Origin: Candidatus Heimdallarchaeota archaeon
Lineage (GTDB): Archaea; Asgardarchaeota; Heimdallarchaeia; Heimdallarchaeales; Heimdallarchaeaceae
Length of the DNA: 64,000 nt
NCBI GenBank assembly: GCA_019057815.1
Contig: JAHLWR010000002.1
Coordinates: 68,902-132,901, forward strand
Direction of reading: 5' to 3'
Made by a program: the position numbers and the translations under genes. Shown here piece after piece: positions 9,253 to 19,371 of this stretch (position 1 is its first letter; each line of letters begins with the position of its first letter). The notes under the pieces were generated by a model. That model worked only from the letters and a program-made list of their open reading frames with translations, made no database searches and was not told the DNA's origin.

Positions 9253-10413
9253 TTGAACAAACCGAAAGAGGATGTTGTTATTATGGGACATGATAAAACA
9301 TGGTTAATTGTAAAAGAAGAACCACTCGCAGGTTACTCTTTACTGAATATTTTTCGAGTTCTTTGGGACAATAAGTTTAGAATGCACCCCAAATACTATT
9401 TACGATTTTGGTACGCTATTGGATTGAATCTTGTCACTTTACCTTTAAGAGTAATACAAAAAATAAGGTTTCACTCCAAAATAAAGAATACAGTGATTAA
9501 GGAGGATCCTATTTTTATAATAGGTCATTACAGAACAGGAACCACATATTTGATGACTTTAATGGCTTACGATAAGACAAAGGGATATGTTTCTAATATT
9601 GAGGGATATGCTACACTTTTCTACCTAGCATTTCCAAAATTCACGAGATGGATAATTGAATCGTCATTACCAGATGTTAGACCTATGGATAATGTGATTA
9701 TGGGGGCTGATGAACCTACAGAAGAGGAATATTGTATCGGGACATATACACGATATGGTTACTATACTGGCTTCATATTCCCACGTAACTTTGATCTATA
9801 TTCAAGATTTCTAACGTTTGAAGGAATGCCTAAGCATTTGGAAAAATGGAAAAAGAACTATTATTATTTGGTTCAGATGCTTACTTTAGGTCACAAAGGT
9901 AAGCAATTATTTCTAAAAAACCCTGCAAATAGTTATCGTATACCTCACATTTTAGAAATGTTCCCCAATGCAAAGTTTATTCATACATATAGAAACCCAT
10001 ACAAAACCTACTCGAGTACAGTGAAATTTTTTGATGAGGTTTTCGCCATATATACACTACAAACTTGGGATAAAGAAAAAATGAAACAAGATATTCTAGA
10101 CAACTACAAATTGTTGTATGAATACCACGAAAAAGACTTGCACTTAATTCCAGAAGACCATATTGTTCATGTTAAATATGAAGAGTTCATCAAAGATCCT
10201 GTAACCAATATGGAAAGAATTTACAAAGATTTGAATATTGATGGTTGGGATGAACATAAGGATGACATGATTGCTTACGCTGAATCTCAAAAACGTGAAT
10301 ATAAACCTAACATACATATTACTGATGATGATGTTATCCGAAGAGTCAACGAACATTGGAATGATATGCGCGAGAAATACGGTTACGAACGATTAGAGCC
10401 CAAAGAAAACTAA
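9253..10413 (+). CDS. Sulfotransferase-family protein (PAPS-dependent-like)
   Basis: It has a 5'-PSB-like motif (IIGHYRTGTTYL) and a 3'-PB-like region (FLKNPANSYRIPHILEMFPNAKFIHTYRNP). Confidence 0.5.
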   Translation: MNKPKEDVVIMGHDKTWLIVKEEPLAGYSLLNIFRVLWDNKFRMHPKYYLRFWYAIGLNLVTLPLRVIQKIRFHSKIKNTVIKEDPIFIIGHYRTGTTYLMTLMAYDKTKGYVSNIEGYATLFYLAFPKFTRWIIESSLPDVRPMDNVIMGADEPTEEEYCIGTYTRYGYYTGFIFPRNFDLYSRFLTFEGMPKHLEKWKKNYYYLVQMLTLGHKGKQLFLKNPANSYRIPHILEMFPNAKFIHTYRNPYKTYSSTVKFFDEVFAIYTLQTWDKEKMKQDILDNYKLLYEYHEKDLHLIPEDHIVHVKYEEFIKDPVTNMERIYKDLNIDGWDEHKDDMIAYAESQKREYKPNIHITDDDVIRRVNEHWNDMREKYGYERLEPKEN

Positions 10414-10807
10414 CTTCAATGTCGTCCTATATTCAATAGTAGTATTAAGATATTCTTTTGTTCTGAAAGTTAATCTATATTCGAAAAAAGAGTGAACTTA
10501 TGACATGAATTTTGTACAAATCCTTTAGAAGTGCTTGAGGCACATCATGGGGACTCCACATACCCTCCTACACCGCCCACACCTTCTCATAAAGATGCTT
10601 ACGGTTTCGCTTTTGGATGGTTGTTGGATGTAGACCCAAGGATCACCATGAAGTTGGTGCATATCTACAATCCTTCAAAAGATAATTTATACGACACTAT
10701 ATAAACACCATAAAATGTACAAAAAAATACTTATAAATTCGCTATTTAAAGGTTGAAAAAAGTCAAATACAAAAGCAAGATGATTTGCAGTTAGAAAGTG
10801 GATTTAA

Positions 10808-12442
10808 ATGGTTAGCAACATTATAATTTCTCAGAAAGAAGATTGTTCGCCTTTTGAAGATGTTAGAGCAATTAAGGGAGAAGAAGCAATTCTATCAACT
10901 CACCAAGATTATTGTATCGATGAATCCAAGCTTGCTGGGGGGTATGCGGATTGGTTATTCTTTCCCAAAAATGAAAGGGATATTATTTCTATTGTAAATA
11001 AGATGAAGGAAGACAAAACACCAATAACTATTTCTGGTGCAAGAACAGGAATCGTCGGATCTGCCGTTCCAACATGTGGTGGAGCTATTCTTTCATTCGA
11101 TGATATGAAGCAAGTAAAGGGAATAAGTTATGATAAAGATACTCAGAAATATTTTGTTAGAATTCAACCAGGGTTAACTTTAGAAGAACTTGCTGATATC
11201 CTAAAATATAAACGATTTTCACAAGAGCATAATCTTGACGAAGAGGATTGGGTACAGGCTTTTAAAAAGGTTGAAAGGGGACATATTTTCCCAGTGGATC
11301 CTACAGAAATGACTGCAGCTGTAGGTGGTTCCATTGCAGCTAATGCTTCTGGAGGTAGATCTTTTAAATATGGGGCTATGCGTCCGTGGGTTAAACATCT
11401 ACGCGTTGTTATTGAATCAGGAGAAGTTCTTGATATAGAAAGAGGACAATACATAGCTGTTAATAGCAAGTTTATCATTAAAACTTCTGAAAAAGATATT
11501 GAAATTGATATCCCTACTTATAAAATGCCTGAAGCAAAAAACGCTGCAGGATTATATGCCAAACCTGACATGGATCTTGTAGATCTTTTCATTGGTTCTG
11601 AAGGGATATTAGGAATCATTACGGAAGTGGATTTGTGGCTAATAGAAAAACCTGAAGTCCTAACAAATGCTTTATTTTTTAAAACAGAAGAGGATGCAAT
11701 AAATTTTGTAAAAAAATTACGATCAATAGAAAATTTAGATATAGAATACATAGAATTTTTCGATAAAAATGCTTTCAACTTACTTAGGTCTAGACGAAAA
11801 ACCAATCCTGAACTTGCTAATATTGACACAATTCCTGAAGATACAACTACAGCAATATTTTTTGAAATACCATTTTCAGATGATACTTTTGAGGAGATTT
11901 TTGTTACATTAGACGAGATAGCAACAGAGTCTAACACCTCAGTTGACTCAGGATGGAGTGCTTTAGATGATAATGAGCGCGATAAGTTTAGAAAAATACG
12001 ACATGCAGTCCCTGAAATTGTAAATAGCATAATATCAAAAAGAAAAGCAACTTATCCTAATCTTCACAAACTAGGTACAGATATGTCAGTAACAGATAAT
12101 CATCTACAAGATATAATGACATTCTATCATCAAACACTTAAGGAAACTACCTTGGAATACGTAATATGGGGACACATAGGTGACAACCATGTCCACGTCA
12201 ACATTTTACCAAAGAACATGGAAGAACTAGATTTAGGAAAACAACTCTACAAGGAATTCGCCAAGAAAGCTGTTGAATACGGTGGATCCGTCTCAGCTGA
12301 GCATGGAATTGGGAAAATCAAGCATGAATACCTGGAAATAATGTACGGAGAAGAAGGCGTAGAACAAATGAGATCTGTGAAAAGGAAACTAGATCCAGAA
12401 GGATTATTCAACAGAGATAATGTTTTTTCATTCACAGGCTAA
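10808..12442 (+). CDS. FAD-linked oxidase (GlcD / D-lactate dehydrogenase LctD-like), paralog A
   Basis: It has an FAD_binding_4-like motif (ISGARTGIVGSAVP) and the FAD-oxidase C-terminal domain (GHIGDNHVHVNILP...SVSAEHGIGKIK). It is paralogous to 22822..24459. Confidence 0.7.
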   Translation: MVSNIIISQKEDCSPFEDVRAIKGEEAILSTHQDYCIDESKLAGGYADWLFFPKNERDIISIVNKMKEDKTPITISGARTGIVGSAVPTCGGAILSFDDMKQVKGISYDKDTQKYFVRIQPGLTLEELADILKYKRFSQEHNLDEEDWVQAFKKVERGHIFPVDPTEMTAAVGGSIAANASGGRSFKYGAMRPWVKHLRVVIESGEVLDIERGQYIAVNSKFIIKTSEKDIEIDIPTYKMPEAKNAAGLYAKPDMDLVDLFIGSEGILGIITEVDLWLIEKPEVLTNALFFKTEEDAINFVKKLRSIENLDIEYIEFFDKNAFNLLRSRRKTNPELANIDTIPEDTTTAIFFEIPFSDDTFEEIFVTLDEIATESNTSVDSGWSALDDNERDKFRKIRHAVPEIVNSIISKRKATYPNLHKLGTDMSVTDNHLQDIMTFYHQTLKETTLEYVIWGHIGDNHVHVNILPKNMEELDLGKQLYKEFAKKAVEYGGSVSAEHGIGKIKHEYLEIMYGEEGVEQMRSVKRKLDPEGLFNRDNVFSFTG

Positions 12443-12480
12443 TGTAAGTATTTCTATAAATTTCTTTTTAAAAATAGTTT

Positions 12481-12508
12481 GCTGACTCTGTTAATATTCA
12501 ACAGAGTC
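12481..12508 (+). terminator. Stem-loop directly after the stop codon of paralog A
   Basis: A perfect 9-bp inverted repeat (gactctgtt / aacagagtc) with a 7-nt loop starts about 40 nt after the stop. Confidence 0.35.
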
Positions 12509-13086
12509 GATTAATTACCAATCAACTGAAATCGAACAGTTTTGGAGAGCATTTCTATTTGATTCAATTTTCTTGAACTTTGGTAAGTTTTTTTGTTTTT
12601 ATTTGATCTTTGAGCTGTGTGTCTGTACATTTTTTTGCACCTATTTCATTGCGCCTACTAATTGTAGTCTGACTAAATTTGTTAGCATTTCAATACTATT
12701 ATATTGTTTTCCATATTCTTGTTCATGTCCGTTTTCCAGTTTTTGAGATGTTTTTTTAACCATTTTTTGCACCTATACATACCATAGAGTCTTATTTAAT
12801 AAGCAATTTTAAAATTCACTTGTTTTACAGCCTAACTCTAAAGTTTACAGAACTTCACTTGAGGAATAAATATACTATAAAGAAGTAAAAGCATTAAACC
12901 AGATGGTTTATATTGGAAAAAGTGAAGAATTATCCACTAAAACATATAGATATAAGAATAAAGAAGAGATATTAACTGGGTGAATTTGCTATTATATCAA
13001 GAGCTTTTTCTATTTTAATACCCAATTATTTCACCTTTGTCTATCATGAATTGGATTGAATGACAAAAAATTATTCTTTTGTTATG

Positions 13087-13842
13087 TCAACTTAAATCAA
13101 TAGGTGACGATCTTTTTTTTTTCAGAATTTTTTTCATTTTATTAATGTTAACAGGTTTTCCATGTGAAATGTATATTTTCTTTGCTCCTTCCTTGATTAT
13201 ACGTTCCCAACTAGATAAAACCTGCTCTATATCTTGTGCAATAGTTGGCAATCCTGAATTTATTCGTAGAGGAAAGCCATGAGCACAACATCCAATGAAA
13301 GCATTACCTTTTTCCGTAATTATCGAAATTGTCCCCGAAGTATGTCCAGGAGTGTGGATTACTTTTGCATTTATACCAAATTCTTGAAGAGAATACTCAT
13401 CCTTAATAACTATATCTGGTTCGACAGGATCAAAAAATTTCAGTGAATTGGGAAGAAGATTGATTAATATCTTACTAATAAATGAAGTGGGTTTTACTTC
13501 AGCTGAGATGCCTTTTCGGAGAAAATTTGCATCATTTTCATGAACTAAAACTTGAGCATTTGATATATCCTTCAAAGCTTTAAGACCACCTACATGATCA
13601 AAATGAGCATGATTGACTATGATGAGCTTTATCGCTTTTGGATCAATATTTTGTTTCTTCAACAAGCGCAAATATTTTTTCACATTTGATTTATACCCCG
13701 CGTCCATCTGAATATAGCCATCACCTGCTTTAAGTAACTGGACTTTTGTAAAACCTAAATTTAGTTCAATGTATTCTTCCATACAATTCGACCTTTTTTT
13801 TAACTTCTTATAGTTTTCTAACTTCATTACAGACAGACGCAA
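13087..13842 (-). CDS. MBL-fold metallo-hydrolase
   Basis: It carries the motif HAHFDHVGG (HxHxDH). Confidence 0.7.
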   Translation of the reverse strand: MRLSVMKLENYKKLKKRSNCMEEYIELNLGFTKVQLLKAGDGYIQMDAGYKSNVKKYLRLLKKQNIDPKAIKLIIVNHAHFDHVGGLKALKDISNAQVLVHENDANFLRKGISAEVKPTSFISKILINLLPNSLKFFDPVEPDIVIKDEYSLQEFGINAKVIHTPGHTSGTISIITEKGNAFIGCCAHGFPLRINSGLPTIAQDIEQVLSSWERIIKEGAKKIYISHGKPVNINKMKKILKKKRSSPIDLS

Positions 13843-13944
13843 AAAGTAAATCAGGGAAAAAAATGACAGATGTGAGAAAATGTGAGATATGATAAATGAC
13901 GTTGAGTTTATATGTAATCAAGATTTTATCAAATTCGGTTACTT

Positions 13945-14505
13945 ATGACACCTAAGAAAGATAAAAAAGAAAAAACTCCAAAAACTGGTGATGATTCCTT
14001 CATTGAGGACGTTTTTGATGCTTACAAGCAATCAGTTATCTTGCTTGTCATGTCAATTGTCTATAATATCATTGCTGGTGGTTTAGGCTATTTGGGTTAT
14101 TATTTAGCTCAGAAAGATGGCTTTGATTTTACTGATTTTGTGACTGATTTAATGGATGATCCAATGAGTATTTTGGATGTAGAATTTCATTATGGTTTGT
14201 ACATAATTGGAGTTGCTGCGGTACTTGTTATCATGGGCTTTGCAGCAGCATTCCTCTTCACGGGATCTAGAAATGATAGAATTGCTAAACCATTGGGATT
14301 CTTCAAAGCTTACACTGCGACATGGAAAATCTTATTCCAATTTGCGATAGTGATTGTAATTTTCGGTGGAATTTACTTCGGTATTACCTATGTAGAAAAT
14401 CCTACAGTAGTATTGGTTGTTGGAATAATATGTGGTGTAGTAGCTGTAATAACTCCATTAGCTATGATATTTAGAGTTGTAGACTTTTTACTCGAATTGG
14501 AGTAA
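13945..14505 (+). CDS. Hypothetical integral membrane protein
   Basis: It has about 4 predicted TM segments and no known motif. Confidence 0.4.
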   Translation: MTPKKDKKEKTPKTGDDSFIEDVFDAYKQSVILLVMSIVYNIIAGGLGYLGYYLAQKDGFDFTDFVTDLMDDPMSILDVEFHYGLYIIGVAAVLVIMGFAAAFLFTGSRNDRIAKPLGFFKAYTATWKILFQFAIVIVIFGGIYFGITYVENPTVVLVVGIICGVVAVITPLAMIFRVVDFLLELE

Positions 14506-14592
14506 AAAGTACTGCTCTACCTATTCACTTTTTTTATTTGAAATTTAATAAAAATGTAAGAGAATGATGTAAAAAAAGGAAGAAGAAAGAAG

Positions 14593-15648
14593 TTATCTCC
14601 TTTTTACTACAATAGCGACTAGTGCAACTAAGGTTATACCAGCGACTACTGCTACTACAATAATAACAGGATTTAAGCCCTGATCTATTCCCAGCGTTGG
14701 GTCGTGTACCATTTTCAGTCCATCACCATAATTAGGATAGGACAAGAATAGGTTTATGAAATCTTTTCCGAATTTCTTACCATTTCCAAAGTCTTCATCA
14801 AATCCATCATTGTTCATTGATGAAGTTACATTTACATCAGAAACTATATTGTCTTCAGAATCATAAATTTGAGCTGTAGGGACCCATGTAAAGTAGCTTG
14901 ATCTTCCACCTGACTCATCGTAAAATTCTATACCATGTTTGTTCTCATTTTTAGTAGCATTTGCTGGTCTTTCGTAACCATCTTCAGTAACATTCACCCC
15001 ATCACTTGCTTGTACCCTATGTTTGTAAGCCAGTTCATGAATCTTAACTGCAAAAACTAAACCTGTAGCTTCAGGACTAAAAGTCCAATTGTCAACAATA
15101 ATATCAAACTTAATCTCGGAAACAGACTTAATCTGATAGGTTGTTGTAATTATAGTATTTGTTTCGTTTATTTCTTCTGTAATCAAAACATCTTCTAGAT
15201 ATACGTGGAAAACAAATGAAATTGTCGCTCCATTATCAAGAGTATCTGATGTTATTGTCCCTCTAACTTCATTTGTGAGTGTTTCTTTTGTAAGTGTCCA
15301 ATCAAAAGATGAAGAGGCTAAATTGAAAGCTTTGCCACTTAATTCACCCATATTGTTTACCAATAGATCATCACCAAATAACTCAGCTATATGAGTAAAG
15401 GAAACATGAAAAACAGGCATCTTTTTCCCTTCAGAACTATTTACTAACCAGAACATCATATCGGGTTTTCCTTCATGTAATTTCATAGACAAAAAGTCGG
15501 TTTCAATAAAGGTTGACCCTTCTCTATCATTTACTCCTGGAGCGTTTTTCTTTGCTGAAACCAAGAATGATGTGGGTATGGAACTCATTATCAAAATGGT
15601 TAATACCCCAACCAGTAAAATTTTGTTTTTATTAAACATAAATACCAA
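14593..15648 (-). CDS. Secreted surface protein with a C-terminal TM anchor
   Basis: It has an N-terminal signal peptide and ends in a hydrophobic helix plus a basic tail (VIIVVAVVAGITLVALVAIVVKRR). Confidence 0.45.
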   Translation of the reverse strand: MVFMFNKNKILLVGVLTILIMSSIPTSFLVSAKKNAPGVNDREGSTFIETDFLSMKLHEGKPDMMFWLVNSSEGKKMPVFHVSFTHIAELFGDDLLVNNMGELSGKAFNLASSSFDWTLTKETLTNEVRGTITSDTLDNGATISFVFHVYLEDVLITEEINETNTIITTTYQIKSVSEIKFDIIVDNWTFSPEATGLVFAVKIHELAYKHRVQASDGVNVTEDGYERPANATKNENKHGIEFYDESGGRSSYFTWVPTAQIYDSEDNIVSDVNVTSSMNNDGFDEDFGNGKKFGKDFINLFLSYPNYGDGLKMVHDPTLGIDQGLNPVIIVVAVVAGITLVALVAIVVKRR

Positions 15649-15902
15649 TTACTAATTAGCGTTTTTCTATATTAACACTTACATTTAAACAATTAAAGGT
15701 GCTATTTTCACACTGTTAGTCAAGTTCATCAAATCTTATCCAAAACCACTTGCAAAACAATGATTTATGAAAAGGAATATTTGATTTGCTATGAAATAAA
15801 AATAATTCTCCACAACAAAGATATTTATAGTAATTTACATATCAATTATATTAATGCTTATTCGGTAAACGAGAAAGCTCTAAAATAATAGGAGAAAATG
15901 AA

Positions 15903-16796
15903 ATGAAATCGTTAAAATTTAACATGGTATCAATTATTGTTATTGGATTATTCCTAATCAACATATTTTCTGCGACGACACTTGTACAAGGACAGTTGGG
16001 AACATCATATCTAACCACGTTACAATCTGGCACATCATATGCATGGGAAGTAACAACATTGTCTACCTCTGGACCCTATCTGAGTCTGTCTTTCTTGGAT
16101 TTTGGAAATGATTCCTTAGAAAGTGGAGACATATTTTCAATTAATATTACTCAAAATATTAATGCCATAACTGATGGTGACCCATCTCAACTATTAAACC
16201 AGTCAATAACTTGGTGTGACTTTTACTTAAATGGTGACTATAAGACAAATGCTACTGATGATGTTGAAATAATTACTTTCATCTGGTCTGGTCATTTCTT
16301 CCTTCAACCTACAAATTATGAAAATGTTACAGGGACATACAATAGTTTTCAACTGATGGAAAACACATACTTGCAAACTGCATATGAATTGAAGGATGAA
16401 GACATTTCGGTGAATTATTATGACTATACCCATTCAATTTATAAGCAATCTTCATCTCTAAATTCAAAAACATGGATCATTAAAATGGATTCAACTATCG
16501 ACACAAAAGAAGATGATTTAACAGATCCATTAGATTGGGAAAAGAATGAAAGAACAATCACAACAACATCTGAAGCAAGATTTGATATAGAAACAGGATT
16601 CTTATCCTATCTAGCTTACACCTACACATATTATGACAGAACAGAAATAGAAGGTTCTATAGACATAGATGAACGCTCTATTAACTTCATATTAGAAAGT
16701 ATAACACTTGCTACCGATGCTCCATACAACTGGTCATTTTCAATAGTAAGTCTTCTGTTCATTGGTTTAGTAGTTATTTATAAAAGGAGAAAATAA
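15903..16796 (+). CDS. Secreted surface protein with a C-terminal TM anchor
   Basis: It has a signal peptide and a C-terminal anchor ...LLFIGLVVIYKRRK, and is rich in NxS/T sequons. Confidence 0.45.
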   Translation: MKSLKFNMVSIIVIGLFLINIFSATTLVQGQLGTSYLTTLQSGTSYAWEVTTLSTSGPYLSLSFLDFGNDSLESGDIFSINITQNINAITDGDPSQLLNQSITWCDFYLNGDYKTNATDDVEIITFIWSGHFFLQPTNYENVTGTYNSFQLMENTYLQTAYELKDEDISVNYYDYTHSIYKQSSSLNSKTWIIKMDSTIDTKEDDLTDPLDWEKNERTITTTSEARFDIETGFLSYLAYTYTYYDRTEIEGSIDIDERSINFILESITLATDAPYNWSFSIVSLLFIGLVVIYKRRK

Positions 16797-16868
16797 CTAC
16801 TTTCCTTCCCTTCCCTTTTTTTGTTATTAGTTTTTACAACTACTATTAACCTCTGCTTGAAAAGATAA

Positions 16869-17318
16869 CTATTGAGTGTTAGTAAAAAAGTATATCACAA
16901 AAGGTAGAAGGGTATGATGTAACCCCTTTCCATAGTTTGTAAGTGAATACTTAACTCGTACAGGGGAAGAAGAAGATTCCACTTGACGATAAACAATTTT
17001 ACCTTCAACAAGTTCTTTTAATCGCTCTGAAAGTGTTTTTGACGTTATAGTTTTGAGGTGATTCTTGATTTCATTGAAGTACAAATGTTCATGAAAGGCT
17101 AAAGCATTTACAATTTCAAGAGTCCATTTTCTTTGAAGGAATTGGAAAATATTTTTCATTAACATCCTTTCAATTTTCTCGTGTTGAGGAATATCGTTGA
17201 AAATCGCACAATGGTTACTTATTCCTTTTTCTGCTGCGAATTGTATTTCTTCAAGTAATTCTAGAATGTCTTTCCAATTATTTCGAAAACGTTCAGGATT
17301 GAAAAAATTATTTTCCAT
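16869..17318 (-). CDS. HxlR-family wHTH transcriptional regulator
   Basis: The segment WTLEIVNALAFHEHLYFNEIKNHLKTITSKTLSERLKELVEGKIV matches the HxlR-type HTH pattern. Confidence 0.6.
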   Translation of the reverse strand: MENNFFNPERFRNNWKDILELLEEIQFAAEKGISNHCAIFNDIPQHEKIERMLMKNIFQFLQRKWTLEIVNALAFHEHLYFNEIKNHLKTITSKTLSERLKELVEGKIVYRQVESSSSPVRVKYSLTNYGKGLHHTLLPFVIYFFTNTQ

Positions 17319-17337
17319 ACTACCACCTTATGATTTA

Positions 17338-17361
17338 CTAGGTTTCTGTCTAGAAACCTAG
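17338..17361. promoter_or_regulatory. Perfect palindrome (ctaggtttct-gtct-agaaacctag); candidate operator between divergent genes
   Basis: A 10+10 bp inverted repeat with a 4-nt spacer lies in the 106-bp divergent intergenic region between the HxlR-family regulator and a membrane protein gene. Confidence 0.4.
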
Positions 17362-17424
17362 TTTAATGGCTGAAACTGTCTATCTTAATAATACTAGTAT
17401 TTATATTAAAGTTAGTGATAAACT

Positions 17425-18096
17425 ATGATACCTGCTGAGGATTGGTGGAATGTACTAGCAAGTTATAATGAATCTATTATGCCCTTTCAATTTATTTTGG
17501 CAACTATTGGAATACTCATAACATTTTGGTTTATAATCAAACCGAATAAAAAAGCGAATATTTTGCTGAAACTATATTTCAGTGTTAGTTTCGCAGTGAT
17601 AGCTGTAGTGTTCTTTTTAATAAAAGGTCGAGAGCTACCAGCATATATAGCTCAAGCTATTTGCTTTGGAAGTTTGTCGGTTTTATTTGCATTAGACATA
17701 AAGTTTGATAAGATGAAATTTAGAACCCCTGAAGGAAAAATTAGGTTGATTTTCATGTATACCTCTTTCCTTCTTGTTTTTCTTTACCCTGTTGTAGGTA
17801 TGCTGGCTGGACATGTTTATCCTCGTATGATCCTTTATGGAACATTTCCTTGTCCAACAACAGCTTTAGCGCTAGTCTATGCAACTGCAAGTATGCCAAA
17901 AATAGATTGGAAAAGCATGATTCTGTTACTTATTTGGGCAATACCTTTTCCCATTGCAATTCAACTGCCTAAATTTGGTGTTTATGAAGATAGTATAATG
18001 CTCTTTATTGGATTAGTTTCCTTGATTACATGGATTTGGTGGTTAGTGAGAAAATATAGAAAAAATAATCTAGAAAAGAAAAGATTATTTTCTTGA
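17425..18096 (+). CDS. Hypothetical polytopic membrane protein
   Basis: It has about 6 TM helices and no known motif. Confidence 0.45.
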   Translation: MIPAEDWWNVLASYNESIMPFQFILATIGILITFWFIIKPNKKANILLKLYFSVSFAVIAVVFFLIKGRELPAYIAQAICFGSLSVLFALDIKFDKMKFRTPEGKIRLIFMYTSFLLVFLYPVVGMLAGHVYPRMILYGTFPCPTTALALVYATASMPKIDWKSMILLLIWAIPFPIAIQLPKFGVYEDSIMLFIGLVSLITWIWWLVRKYRKNNLEKKRLFS

Positions 18097-19371
18097 ATAT
18101 ACAGATATATCAGCTATAGCCCCAGGTACCTCTTTTTCATGTTTTTCAGTCTCTTCAGTCTTTTCCTTTCTACCATATCTTTGACTATATCTATTTTGAC
18201 TTCTATCTTCATTTCTTTCTTGTTGAGAAAGATACATTTGTTCTATATCTCTATCCATAAAAAGTTCTATTTTACGGATTAATGGCATTTGGTCGCTTTC
18301 TACTAGCGAAATAGCTCGCCCTTTTCCTTCCATTCGACTTGTCCTACCGATTCTATGCACATATACTTCTGGATCCCCTTCTGGCAAATCATAATTGAAA
18401 ATATGTGTTACATGAGGTATGTCTAATCCTCTTGCTGCCACATTTGTAGCTATTAAGCAATTTATCTTCTTGCCTCTAAAGTCCCTCATAACTATTTCTC
18501 TTTGTTTTTGTGTCATATCACCTTGTAATGTATCAATTCTTAACCTAATTCGTTTATCTTTTATAAGTCGCCTTTTTAGATTTGCTCCCCATCTCTTTGT
18601 ATTAACGAATATTATGCAAGATGCTGGGTTTTCTTTGATAAGAATTTTAACAAATTTATTATACTTTTCTTTGGAGTTATCCACTTTATAGTAATATTGC
18701 TTGCAGCTTGTAACCGTAAGATTATCATGGCTAACGTTAATTTCCAATAATTCTTGACCCCAACTAAAATCAACTGCTATATCTTTAATTTCTTTAAGCA
18801 TTGTAGCAGAAAATAGTAGAAGCGTTGGAAAAATTTCTTTCATTGCTTTAAACAGGATAAACTCAACATCAGGAAGGAATCCCATATCCAACATCCTATC
18901 TGCTTCATCTAAGACTACAATTTTCACATTATTAAAAGATAGGGCTCTTCTCTCGTATAAATCAATGAGTCGCCCAGGAGTGGCTATTACAATTTGAGCA
19001 CCAGAGCGAATTATGCTTATTTGCCTGTTAATAGAAACTCCACCATAAACTTCGACAGCTTTCAAGCGTCTATATCTAGTTAATTCGGAAATTACTCCAT
19101 AAACTTGTTTGCATAACTCTCTCGTAGGCACTAGAATAACTGATTGAACAGAACGTAAGGAAGGATCGAGTTTTTCAGCGATTGGAATAGAATAAGCTAA
19201 GGTTTTTCCAGTTCCAGTTCTAGCTTGAGCTAAAATGTGTGTTTTTTCTTTCTCAAGAATCTCTGGAATCGCTCGTTGCTGTATATCAGTAGGGGTATGC
19301 ATCCCCATACCTTTTAAAGCATCCATAGTCTCGCTTGTTAAATTAAAATCTTCAAATTTCATTAATATCAT
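18085..19371 (-). CDS. DEAD-box ATP-dependent RNA helicase
   Basis: It has the Q motif, motif I (AQARTGTGKT), PTRELC, DEAD (VLDEADRML), SAT, ARGLDI and HRIGRTSR. A basic C-terminal tail follows. Confidence 0.85.
   Translation of the reverse strand: MILMKFEDFNLTSETMDALKGMGMHTPTDIQQRAIPEILEKEKTHILAQARTGTGKTLAYSIPIAEKLDPSLRSVQSVILVPTRELCKQVYGVISELTRYRRLKAVEVYGGVSINRQISIIRSGAQIVIATPGRLIDLYERRALSFNNVKIVVLDEADRMLDMGFLPDVEFILFKAMKEIFPTLLLFSATMLKEIKDIAVDFSWGQELLEINVSHDNLTVTSCKQYYYKVDNSKEKYNKFVKILIKENPASCIIFVNTKRWGANLKRRLIKDKRIRLRIDTLQGDMTQKQREIVMRDFRGKKINCLIATNVAARGLDIPHVTHIFNYDLPEGDPEVYVHRIGRTSRMEGKGRAISLVESDQMPLIRKIELFMDRDIEQMYLSQQERNEDRSQNRYSQRYGRKEKTEETEKHEKEVPGAIADISVYSRK

Noticed and set aside
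11164-12030. Antisense ORFs (104 and 170 aa) inside FAD-oxidase paralog A, and similar ones at 23298..24044 inside paralog B
   Set aside because: They lie inside well-supported genes on the opposite strand. They have low-complexity Ser-rich translations and no motifs.
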